A DNA stretch of 64,000 bases from Heteronotia binoei (taxonomy: Eukaryota). Of the stretch, positions 1-10,587 are shown in pieces (position 1 is the first letter of the stretch; the number at the start of each line of letters is the position of its first letter). Made by a program: the position numbers and the translations under genes. Location: positions 24,304,001 to 24,368,000 of the forward strand of contig NC_083233.1 of assembly GCF_032191835.1 (NCBI RefSeq), read 5' to 3'. The notes beneath the pieces are model-generated. The model was not told the DNA's origin. It saw only the letters and a program-made list of their open reading frames with translations, and did no database searches.

Positions 1-277
1 CACAGCTTATGTAAAGCTAATTTAAAGCTGAAATGACATTCACAGCAGGATCAAAACATTTCCTACGTTAACTAGATAACTATTCCAACGGGTAAATCCA
101 GGTTTTCCCTGAGAGACCCCTTATTACCCAAAATGGAGAACCGACCAATCGGCCTCCATCAGAGTGTTTGTTTTTTGGCAGATGCACATACTCATTTCCA
201 GCACGTTTTGCAGAAAGGATACTAACACTTAACTACTTCGGGGACCAGCTTCAGCCCAGCTTTAAGCGCTTGCTCAC

Positions 278-307
278 CTGCTGAGCTCTGGGAGGCAGCA
301 TCTGCTT
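278..307 (-). CDS. AIFM1: Candidate 30-nt symmetric micro-exon of AIFM1 downstream of exon 3, encoding (E)ADAASQSSA
   Basis: Minus strand reads tcttctctcttttcag|AAGCAGATGCTGCCTCCCAGAGCTCAGCAG|gtgagc. Strong pyrimidine tract and donor; phase 1/1 matches the exon 3 end; no stop codon. Confidence 0.6.
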
Positions 308-949
308 CTGAAAAGAGAGAAGACGTGGTTTGGCGAGACGCCCAAGCCCAGGTAAACAGAATGCATTTCACACAGCACAAGTCAGTCCAGCATGCTCAGG
401 GACGGATTAGCAATTAGGCTAAGTAGGCACTGCCCTATGGGCCCCCTTGCCTTTAGGGGCCCTGGACCAGCTTCCCCCCCATTTCCCCCCTTGCTTGCAG
501 CCCTTCCAGCCTGCACATAAAGCCAGCAACTGAGCCGCTCTTTGCCTTGACTTGCCTGGTGTCATCACCAAGTTTGTCCCTCTCTGCCTCTCCCCTGCAG
601 CTTTGTCAAAGGGGCTTTTGAGAAGATGGCTGCAGGGGGGCCATGGGTGGTGGGGCAGGGACTCTGAGATAATCTGCAAGGGGGCTCCTGAGATTTCAAC
701 TGCGTAGGGGCCTCCACAGGGTTTAATCCGGCACTGAGCGTGCTATTTACAGAGATGCTAGAAATGGCAAACGGGGATCCACGCATATCCTGCTACAGAA
801 AAACTGCCCCCCTCCCCACCTTCTGTACTTACATGCTGAGAAACCTCCTTCTTTGACCAGGTAGCTTGAAGCTCTTTCCACCCCAATCCCATGACAGGCT
901 GATAATCTGAAGTTTGCAAGGGACCTCCCCGCAACCGTCGAACACCTAC

Positions 950-1043
950 CTGCTGGAGGCTTCCCATCTTGCTGGTGCCTCATTTCCAGGGATGAAATTC
1001 GCTCATGGTAACGTCGCTGGTCTTCTTTCAGCATCCTGTAAAC
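950..1043 (-). CDS. AIFM1: AIFM1 exon 3 (VYRMLKEDQRRYHERISSLEMRHQQDGKPPA)
   Basis: tctttag| acceptor and CAG|gtaggt donor; 94 nt, phase 0 to 1; resembles human AYKTMKEDEKRYNERISGL. Confidence 0.93.
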
Positions 1044-2232
1044 CTAAAGAGTCAAGCAGGGGACGTCTGTCATCTCCTTGCTGGGCAAGCTCAGCTTCCA
1101 AATGTATAGAGTGCTTTAGGCGTTCATACAGAGAGCCAACAGGTTTTTGTCTCCCTTGCAGACTCAAGGAAAGCTGCAGAGGTTGCTCAGCTTGGCAGGG
1201 AAGACTCTACAGGGGGTCCTGTATTTATGCAAAAACCCTGGGCATGAACAGGAAGAAGGAGCATGAGGCTCCTGTTTGACAGACAGGCAAAGGAGGAAGC
1301 AGCTGCCCCTCCCCCAAAAAACTCTGCTACTGACAACAAACCGAGGCTTTTAACAACTATGAAATATTCTTAAGTAGGCATCAGCAACTGCTAACAGTTG
1401 CTCAGATTTGGTCCCCCGACAAGTCGTTAGTTTTATTCTTGTATTTCAGTAGAATGTTATTCATTTTTGTTTCTAGTCTGATTTAGTGAACTGCTTCAAA
1501 GACCGCCGACTGTTTGGAGTGCAGGAAAAGCAGCACACAGGTATTTCAAACCACTAATTATAATAGCAAACTGGCAGACCTCTGTGCCAATCATAAAAAC
1601 AGCAAAAGTAGGCCACCCATAGACAACCTAGGGGGTCTCTACGTCCTCAAGGGACTTCCCAGGTTTCCAAGAAAAAACAGAGCTTTGTAGATCAAAAGGG
1701 AAAAAAATCAAACTTGACCTGATGAGGACTAAATATGCCTCTAAAAGGGTGGAATGTTGAGAGTAGCTGAGAGCTCATGAAAGGAAAACTAACCCGCTCA
1801 AGCTCCTGGGAATTTAAAGAATCTTGGAGGAGAAAGATTTTGCAGGGATTTTCTGGATATTCCCCACTCCTGTGGTTCTTTGAGAGAAGTCATTTGTAAA
1901 TAAAATCTCAAACTAGGGGTGACTTAGGAGATGCCGGGGTGGCTTTGGGATCTGCCAGCACTCTGGAAAACAGTAGGAGGGTTCTACCCAGCCAGCCTCA
2001 AAGTGGCTTCACAAAAAAAATACATGCTGCCTCCAGGGAATTTTTTTTTACACAAAGTCAACTCTATGGATAGCTCAAGACTGTCTGTAGGCTACTTTGG
2101 TTTTGGACTTCCCCTCCCCAGAAATTAAATAAATCCAGCAAAGCTCTCGGAAAGGGAAATAAGCAACTCAGTAGAACAGCAGAACTCAGTAGAACAGTGT
2201 ATCTCTCAGCTAGAACCAAAATCTCAAGGATA

Positions 2233-2490
2233 CTGGATTTATATCCCATCCTATACTCTGAATCTCAGAGCAGTCACAATCTCCTTTACCTTTTCCCCCC
2301 ACAACAGACACCCTGTGAGGTAGGTGGGGCTGAGAGAGCTTTCACAGCAGCTGCCCTTTCAAGGACAACTCCTGCAAGAGCTATGGCTGACCCAAGGCCA
2401 TTCCAGCAGGTGCAAGTGGAGGAGTGGAGAATTAAACCCGGTTCTCCCAGATAAGAGTCCGTGCACTTAACCACTACACCAAACTGGCTC
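2233..2490 (-). mobile_element. Squam3-like tRNA/CORE SINE
   Basis: tRNA-like head (revcomp of ccactacaccaaactggct), cctcacagggtgtctgttgtg core, ataaatcca tail; more than 10 similar copies in the window. Confidence 0.85.
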
Positions 2491-3424
2491 CACCAAACTG
2501 GATAATGGGAGAGGAGGAAGACCGAGGTAGAGGAAAGGTAAATAGAACAGCAACTTGTATCAAATGCTAGAAGTGAAAGTGTGCAAAAACCTTAAGGCGA
2601 CACAGAGCAATGCAGGAGATAAACAACATGAGAACACCAGCAAACACAAATGAGAAGCTGGGTCTTCAGGAAAGAATAGCGTCATAGATTCATGCAAAGA
2701 CTACAGCGTCCACAGGGACCTTGCAAGGGCTATGACAACAAGAATGATAGGTATACTGCCTGGATTCCTGCCCCTGATTACTAAACAGCTTTGAGGAATG
2801 AGGGCATAAGTTTGGTTGGTAAAGGAAATGCTGGCTTCATGTTCTAGGGTCCTGGGCAAAGGTCCTGGGCTCTGAAGTCCCAATAAACCCACGTGAACAA
2901 AGGGATGGATAGCAAACATTCCAGGGAAGGGGGGGGGGAACCACTTCTCATTGGGAGAACTCTGTATTTACCAAGTCACAGGTTCAATCCCTTCCATCGC
3001 CAGTCAGAAAGGGTATCGAGCATCAGGGATGAAAAACAAACTCCTTGAGTTCATGGAAGGCTGCTGCTAGTCAACCATGGACAAAATGGACTGACAGCAG
3101 GAGTCAGTATAAGGCAGCTTCATATATTCCACAATGTTATAGAAAATGAAAAAAAGAAAATGCCGTTTGCAATTTACATGGGTTTTTGGAAGCAGTGGTG
3201 ACGATATCGCAAATGCAGAGCAAGAAGACATCCGTGAATCTATGGGCAAGGGGAACACTGCAGTATTTCACTGTACTCTAACATGGTGTCCCCTTCAAAA
3301 TCAATAAAGAGGCAGTCTGTCACAGCACTGGATCCTCTCATTTTAATTCCCTTGGCGCACAGGCACACACGCACACTCCTCCTCCCATTAGCCTCACAAC
3401 CATGCACAACAATAAACCTCTAAC

Positions 3425-3541
3425 ATAGTTGCTTGCTCCTCCCACCATTAAGCAGCACACAAGCTTGTTGCTGTCCTTGCTGGGAGCCCCTGGGAAAGAT
3501 TAGCCATCAAGAAGGGGGTCTGAGATACGGCCACTGAAAAA
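3425..3541 (-). pseudogene. AIFM1: Decayed orthologue of the mutually exclusive AIFM1 exon 2b (AIF2 isoform)
   Basis: ctgcag|TTTTTCAGTGG...AACTAT|gttaga. Phase-1 frame gives VFQWPYLRPPS* (TGA at 3509-3507); a shifted frame gives GAPSKDSNKLVCCLMVGGASNY. Compare recalled human 2b VVQSHHLGSPSRSLASTGASGKDGSNLVYFLIVGATVTGAGVYY. Confidence 0.8.
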
Positions 3542-3711
3542 CTGCAGATGGAGACAGGCAAGGGGAGAAGAGAAGAAGAAACAGGAAAGGGGTAGAGAGA
3601 TCGTCAGGTGTTAAAATGAGCACACTGCCTTGGGGTGAGCAAGGTTTCTTATTTTGTCTGCAACTTTCTTTGCCAAAACTGGCATGGCTGTAAAGCAGAT
3701 GTCAACATCGG

Positions 3712-3905
3712 TCACATTTCCATATCCTGCCCTCCCTCCAAGGAGCTCCAGGCAGGGTACATCCTCCTCCTCGGTTTTATCCTTGCGACAACCCTGTGAG
3801 GTAGTCTAGGTTCCAAAATGAGCAGCAGTTGGCTCCAGATCAGTGAGCTTTGTGGCTGAGTGGGAATTTGAACCTGGGTCTTCCTAACCCTGTACAAGGC
3901 TCTCT
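3712..3905 (-). mobile_element. Older MIR/Squam3-like SINE
   Basis: acaaccctgtgaggtag core and gaatttgaacctgggtct B-box, diverged. Confidence 0.65.
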
Positions 3906-4260
3906 AAGCCCTTCTACCAGACTCAACCTTGTGATTAAGCTTTGTTCATTTAAACTACTTGAAGGCCTCTTTTATTCCTTAATCATTCCTGATTTGGCAT
4001 TCTCCATTAAAAAAGGAGGCCTTGTTCAGAAGCCGAGGCCACCTGCCCCTAAGCAGCTGGGGAGCGGGCAAGGTGAGCAGAGAACACCACCTTTTCAGAT
4101 AGACTTGCTATATTTTAACAAAATCTTCACCAAGTGTGGATGTTAGGTAGGCAAATGCCTGATCCCCAGATCTAGCAGATTCCCCCACCCCCATTTCCCT
4201 TTGCCTATTTTGCTAGGGGCTCTAACAACATTACTGTTTGGGGAGTATTTTGTATACTCT

Positions 4261-4488
4261 GTGTGTGTGCACACACGAGTCTCTGCACCTGGAAGTCATG
4301 TCGACCTCTGGTGACTGACTCCTACTGGGGCCTGGAGGATATTCAGAGAGGTGGTTGAATAAAGCCTGCCCCTGTCCTCTTGACTGGGTATTTCAAGGAA
4401 GTCTCCCACCAAGTACTAACCACAGTCGACCCTGCTTAGCTTTCGACAACCGATGAAATCAGGCATGCCTGGGCTATCAGGGTGAGGG
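4261..4488 (-). mobile_element. 5S rRNA-derived SINE (SINE3 type)
   Basis: Revcomp contains gaaagctaagcagggtcg...ggttagtacttggtgggagac (5S internal control region), a non-5S body and a (CA)n tail; sister copy at 6471-6685. Confidence 0.8.
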
Positions 4489-5089
4489 AAAACATTACTT
4501 TCTTAGTATAATGAGGAAAACAGCTAGCATTGTACAAAAGGCAGAAATGATTCCAAGCATTCTTCTCTGTCACTCAAGACAACTGAGACCTTTCAGTAGT
4601 TTCCTCCTGGGTGCAGTTTGTGGCTCGTTATCGCTTGTTTAGGAATCACACAACATCACTTAAATTGTATTTGCATTTATTCACTTACTAGTAATAAAGC
4701 CTGTCGTTGGGGGAAAATACAAGGTGCTAGAAATTTGCTTTATTTTATATATTTATTTATGCACCCCGCTTTTCTCCCCAGGCGGAACTCAAAGCAGCTT
4801 ATTTATTTTATTTATTTATATGTTCCATTCATAAATTGCCTATTCCCCACAACGCAAGGGTCTAGGTGATGTACAACCATCAAAAATAAGTTAAAACAAA
4901 AACTAAAAATGGACGACTACATTATTTCAGATGGTGTCAGACGTTCCTTCACTGCCCTGCTCTGGGCTGTAATTCGCAGGCAGGTGAGAAGAGGACAAAA
5001 GCAAAGATGGAGGGGAAAAGAAAGAGGAGGATAGAAGTAGGGTGCCACGTATGATGAAACTGTTGCTAGACTCAACCAACAGCCTAGTG

Positions 5090-5349
5090 CAGGAGTGGCC
5101 AAACTGTGGCTCACTTCACACAAATGACTCTTTCACACATGTTGTGTGGTTCTCAGAGCCCCCATGCATTTCTCTCTTTAAATCATTTCTCTAAGCCAAG
5201 CCAGCCAGCAGCTTGGAGAATGCATTTAAAGTTGCTTTCTTTCAACCTCTCCCTCCCAAATCTATTTTTTTCCTTCCTGTCCTGCAGCTCTCAAACAACT
5301 GACATTTATTCTATGTGGCTCCTACATTAAGCAAGTTTGGCCATCCCTG
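5090..5349. mobile_element. hAT MITE family A
   Basis: TIRs caggagtggccaaact / aagtttggccatccctg; exact 8-bp TSD gcctagtg. Confidence 0.9.
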
Positions 5350-6470
5350 GCCTAGTGGAACATCTCTGTGGCTCTGTGGAATTTCATTAAGTCCTGCAAG
5401 TTCCACCAGGTCTAGTTGAGGACAGCCGGATATCTTTAGAACCAGGGACCACCAGCTTTGAACATCATGTTCCCTTCCCTTGTGAGGTAGGTCAGGCTGA
5501 GCGTATGTCACGAGTTCAAGGTCACCCAGCAAGCTTTCATGACAGAAGTAGGGATTTGAATCCAGGTCACCCAGCAGCCTAACCCAACACTCTACCTGCT
5601 ATGCCATGCCAGCAGGGGTTTGCATCTTTGTAACAATGAGCCCTGCAGTATGGAACTCATCCCCTTGAGATATCAATAAAAACATGCCTGCAGTCTTTCC
5701 CCCTCCCTATTATGCAAGTGCAGGACTTACTGTTGCTTAGCCTTCCTCCACCATTCCCCCCTTTAAAAGGTTTTACTGCACGCCATACTTTACATATATA
5801 AGGCCCCAAATACAAGCTAAAGTTTTCCCCCTTAAAGGATCTGAGGCAGGTCAGAATTCTAATCTAAGGCGACTGCTGCCAGTCAAAGCAGTTTACCAAC
5901 CTGGGGTAGACAGACCACTGGTCTGATTCTTACCTTCCTCGCTCCCAGTGCCACCTTCCTAGACAGTCATCCCATACACGAGCAAGTCACACGAGGTGAG
6001 CAACCTGAAGCAGATCTACCCAGAAGTAATTCCCATTTTATTGGGGCTTGTTCCCAGGTAAGTATTCTTAGAACTGCAACTTCAGACCTTCCCCCTTCTC
6101 CACCTCCCCAGGATTTGGATCATTACATATTTTCATGATTTTAGGATGCCTTCAATGGTGTTGTGGATTTTATGAAGTTGGAAGCTGCCTTGAAGATTCC
6201 TTTTTCACAATGGGGAACAGAAACATTTTTCTCTTTCCAGTGGGAGACACCAATACCAAATCAGAGCCTGTTAGGGGGAAGAGGCACTCACCAATGGATG
6301 CCTTTTCTATTTAAAAAAAAGTCTACTTCTGCACATAGCAAGCTCTCTGAAATATAGCAGCTTCAACCAAGATGAGCTTAGAACCTTAATGAGTTGAGAA
6401 CTTTGATTCAATGGGATGACCCTAACCAAAGCTTCCTGCAGATCCAGGCAGGTTAAAATCTCAGAAGTTT

Positions 6471-6685
6471 GCCCTGACCTGGATAGGCCAGGAAAGTCCA
6501 ATCTTGTCAGATCTTGGAGGCACCTCGCAAGTACTTGGATGGGAGACCTTTTTGGAATGCCAGTAGTCAGGAGGACAGGGAAAGGATTTATTCAGCCACT
6601 TTCCTGAATATCCTCCAGACCCACAGTAGGGGTCAGTCACCAGAAGTCATCATGACTTCCAGGTGCAGACACACACACAAAACAC
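6471..6685 (+). mobile_element. 5S rRNA-derived SINE
   Basis: agtacttggatgggagacc 5S box C; body shared with 4261-4488; ends catgacttccaggtgcaga(ca)n. Confidence 0.78.
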
Positions 6686-7373
6686 ACTTTTAAACATCTA
6701 TATAAAAATATGTTTTAAAAATCTCAGAGGTTTATTCTTCCCACCCATGGGCCCTACTAGTTTGGAATACATTTTAAAGTAGAATTTAAATAGACTGGCT
6801 TTTTTTTTTTAGGCTACTGTAAGACAGAAAGGGAACTCTTACACCTAAAGAATTTGCATCTGACAGGTCTCCAAGAATAACCAGACATGTATCAGCAGCT
6901 TAAGAGAAGAAAGAAAGTGACTGGCTCAGCTGCTGCTAAGAAGGTCACGATCACAGAAGGATCACAACTGACCAAACTAAACACATCTGTTTTGACATCC
7001 ATGAAAGCAATAGCCTGTGTGTCAACCCATGCGAGTGTCCCACTACGGAAGGAAAATCACCACCATTAGCTACAACGCTGAGCTGATTTGTATGCAGACT
7101 CAAGGCAACAGGCCAAGCGCTATGCAAGTTCTATACATGTACTAAGCACCCCTCTATCTAATGAGGCAGCAAGGATAACAACCAGAGGGGAAGATGTTAA
7201 CATGGAGTCAATCCCAGGTTTATTTCCTTAGGGCACTAAAATTTCTGTGAGATTCTGCAGAGAAAGAAGGCTAGAAAACAGAGATGAGCAACAACAGGAG
7301 CATAAACTAAAGAGGAGCCACCACGTAGTTGGATACGTTGCTCTTTCACTCCCCATCAAAGCTTTCTACTTAC

Positions 7374-7513
7374 ATAGACCCCTCCTCCTAAGGTTGATAA
7401 GCCCACGAGGAGGACCAAGGCAGTAGTATCGTTTTTGCCCCCAGGAATGCCAGAGCTCATTTGTCTGCTCAGCTGTGCTTCTAAGGGAAGTTTCCATCGC
7501 TGAAACAAGTTAC
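7374..7513 (-). CDS. AIFM1: AIFM1 exon 2a ([47 protein letters not shown]): presequence cleavage region and TM anchor
   Basis: gttttag| and TAT|gtaagt; 140 nt, phase 1 to 0; close to human [23 protein letters not shown]...SVLVLIVGLSTVGAGAY. Confidence 0.95.
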
Positions 7514-8596
7514 CTAAAACACACAATTTGTTAGGGAGGGAAAATTGTCAATAATGAACTTAAAAGACAACAGTATTCATTAAATCATCAGGACAGTGGA
7601 ACACAGTCCTTGTCTGAGAGCCCATTGGCATTAAAACTTGGTTACTGAGACATGTCAGTGTCAGCACAAAAACTGACCTTCTTTACCCTCCATTTCAGAG
7701 CACAAAGGAACATCAGCATTAGAAATTCCATAACAGCTGAACCCTGTTCTAAAAAACACTTATTTTTAACCCCAGCCTCTCTCTAAGGAGTACCTAAGAG
7801 CACATGCATGGCTTTTGTTTTCTGTTCTGTTCTCACTGCCATGCTGTGAAGTAAGTCTAGCTGAGTGACACAGATTTGGCCCAGGCTTTCCAAATGAGTG
7901 TCATGAATGAATAGGGAATTTGAACCAAGCATGCTTGGACATAGTCCAACACTTTATACCACATAGCCCCAACACAAGACAGTGTCGTATTCATGACCTT
8001 AGATTAAAACAGGGGCTCAGCACCAATTATTTCACCTGCATGAAAGTATTAGAGAACATCATGCAAGAACTAGAGCGTGCCTGGAAATACCTCGCAATTG
8101 TGACTGAATTCCAGTCACACTGATCTGGAATTCATGAATCTTCTCAGAGATAGATGAATAAACTGCAATTCATGCATTACATTTTCTTAAGTCATGTGAC
8201 TTGCTTAGGTGTCCCTATAAAGTTAAGTATTAAACATATATGAAGGGAGTTGTAAGGTTCTCAGGACAACACACACAGTATTCTTTCCCCATTTCTGCCT
8301 CAGCTGACAGCTTTACCACAATAGAAATGTGCTCCTTCGGCAAAGTACAGACTGACTGCTTAAAATCAGAGCAAAAAATCTGGCCTTTAACAATGCTGAT
8401 GTTGCTGAACGGTGTTTGATTGAGAAACCTTGTAACCTGACATTTTTCATTCATATCTAAAAACAAAGAAACTTGCACTGGCTGAGAATTTTATTTTGTT
8501 CATCACCATCCAACAGAAGTCCATAAAACCAGAAGTTCAAGCATTCTTCGTATTCATTGCTAAAAACAGCAGAGAGGGCAGGATAAAAATCTAAGG

Positions 8597-8795
8597 CAGG
8601 GCTAATTTTTGTAGAGAAAGCCCAGCAGGAACTAATATGCATATTAGGCCACACCCCCTGATGTCACCATTGTTTCACACAGGGTATTTTATGGGGAACC
8701 CCAACAGTAACTCATTTGCATATTAGGCCACACCCTCTGATGCCAAGCTGGCTGGAACTGCATTCCTGTATGTTCCTGCTAAAAAAAAAGCCCTG
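8597..8795. mobile_element. hAT MITE, variant of palindromic family C
   Basis: TIRs cagggct...agccctg; two gcatattaggccacacc motifs; partial TSD atctaagg/atctaaat. Confidence 0.75.
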
Positions 8796-9808
8796 ATCTA
8801 AATAGAATAAATAAATTCAGTTTTAGAAATCAGATCATTTTAGGTGTCCAGAAACCCAGGTTCTATATTACCCAATTAGTTTAATATATGGACATCCCAA
8901 ATGTTGGTCTCTGCTTGTTGATTTAGTTGACCAGTACCTTGGAGACTGCTAATTCTCTATGCTGTCCTTTGATGTTTCTCAAACCAGCTGTGCTGAATTC
9001 TTCTCTCCATGGTCTTTACAATCTAATACCCTGCTACCAGATTGCAGTGTCAATCTGGATTTTGTTTTTTAAAGATGCTCTTCACAAGACTAGAGGCATG
9101 AGAGAAAAACTTTTTTAAAAAAAATAGTAATTCATCTGTACCACAACTGGGAACATTTTGATTCTGGCATTTAATTAGAAGTGACAGTTTTACTTTTCTT
9201 TATTTTTAGCTTTCTTTACTTTTAGCTATCAGATTTTTATTCTCAGGAATTCCCAGTCTGACGCTGTCACAACTAGGCCAAAACTTGCTCTCCTTTCCAA
9301 AAAGCCTAAAGGCACTTGATATTGAAGCAGCGAGCTCCAGTGAAATCTGTAGGGCTTGCTTCCAATCCAACTCGTTCGGGGAAATGCTGATCTGATTATT
9401 TACTTCAATAACTCGGGGGAAGCAATGTTTACACGTGTTACCTAACAATGATTTCCACTTACACCAGGGCCAACTTAACATGAACGACATATACGTTTTT
9501 TACTCTTTGAAACCTCGACCTTAGAGAACAGGTCACTCTGCTCTTCAGCTTCAGACAAGCGGCAGCTACACTTATGGCAACTTTGCAAGAGACCAAAAGT
9601 TTCCAACTAGTCAGTGACCGACTGCGTAACGCTTTCACGTCCACACAAAACTCCGATGTGGTTGTTTTGTTTTGTAAATAATATGCCATGCATTGACCCG
9701 TGAACCCCCCATTTTGCAATTGGGAAGAGAAGAAAGACTAAAAGGCAGCCCTCCTGGAGAGCTCCCCTCCTTTCCCCCTCGAGACCGCCCCCGGCGATTC
9801 CCTCTCAC

Positions 9809-9881
9809 CTGCCCCCGCCCGACCCCGCGACCTTGGGCCGAGCGCCCGCACCAGCCGAGCAGCCACGCGGCACCGAAACAT
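9809..9881 (-). CDS. AIFM1: AIFM1 exon 1 (MFRCRVAARLVRALGPRSRGRAGA), mitochondrial presequence
   Basis: ATG at 9881 in a CpG island; MFRC start as in human AIFM1; AG|gtgaga donor at phase 1 matches exon 2a. Confidence 0.87.
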
Positions 9882-10034
9882 GACGGCGGGGACGGCACCG
9901 AGAACTGGCCGCCGCCACCAGCTCCTCTCCTGTTCCCACACAGCCTGGAAAAAGAGCCGCTCGCTCTGCGCGTGCGCGCGCCGAGGCCCTAGCGCAGGCG
10001 TGTTTTTGGCGACGTTCTAGGACGCCGGATCTCC
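9882..10034. promoter_or_regulatory. Bidirectional CpG-island promoter of AIFM1 and MARS2 with an NRF1-like site
   Basis: 153 bp between divergent ATGs; TGCGCGTGCGCG at 9967-9978 (one mismatch to YGCGCAYGCGCR); second GCGCAGGCG nearby. Confidence 0.75.
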
Positions 10035-10332
10035 ATGCTCTTGGCGGAGCATGGGCAGCGCTGTCTTCGGAAGCTGCGCGTTCTCCGCATCATGCGGCTG
10101 CTTTGGCCCGTAGCCGCGCGCCGCTCTTCCATCTGGCCGCCGCCGCTGTGGGGGAGCCGGTGCTGCCCCCGCCGCCAAAGCTGCTCCTTCCCTGGCCGCC
10201 GCCAGCTCCTCTCCACGCCCATCTTTTATGCGAATGGCTCGCCGCACATCGGGCACCTTTACTCGGCGCTGCTGGCGGACGCGCTGCACCGGCACCGGGA
10301 GCTGCACGAGCGGGGAGGGCGCTTTGCTACCG
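10035..10332 (+). CDS. MARS2: MARS2 exon 1, mitochondrial methionyl-tRNA synthetase (presequence and HIGH motif)
   Basis: [24 protein letters not shown]; ACC G|gtcagt donor, phase 1. Confidence 0.93.
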
Positions 10333-10466
10333 GTCAGTAGGGTGGGACTGGGTGGGACGGGCGGCGGCGGCTGAAGCGCCGGGGATAAAGCCGCTGCGGA
10401 TTCCTTCTCCGGGAGGAATTGGGTGCAATAAAATTGCACGAGTTGAAGTTAGTTTTTTGTAGATAT

Positions 10467-10587
10467 ATCCAGGTGTGCAGCCGCGTTGGTCTGAAGCAAC
10501 AGAACAGTCTGAAGAAGTGTGCATGCCCACGAAAGCTTACGTTCTGAATAAAAGTTGGTTGGCCTTAAAGGACTCCTACTTTGTTCT
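10467..10587. mobile_element. Penelope-like element terminal fragment with internal inversion; carries a hammerhead motif on the + strand
   Basis: gcagccgcgttggtctgaagc head joined to ctgaagaagtgtgc...gaaagcttac...aataaa, shared with copies at about 29940, 48775 and 54700. Confidence 0.7.

Noticed and set aside
833-906. Exon-like segment on the - strand (cttcag|...CAT|gtaagt) next to AIFM1 exon 3
   Set aside because: It would leave a 43-nt intron after the exon 3 donor, 74 nt breaks the frame, and it has no AIF similarity.
5925-6005. AG...GT-bounded segment on the - strand in AIFM1 intron 2
   Set aside because: In-frame TGA and no similarity to exon 2a or 2b; probably chance splice-like motifs.
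6471-6570. Possible 5S rRNA gene
   Set aside because: Internally deleted and diverged, and fused to a repeat body and tail; a SINE head, not an rRNA gene.
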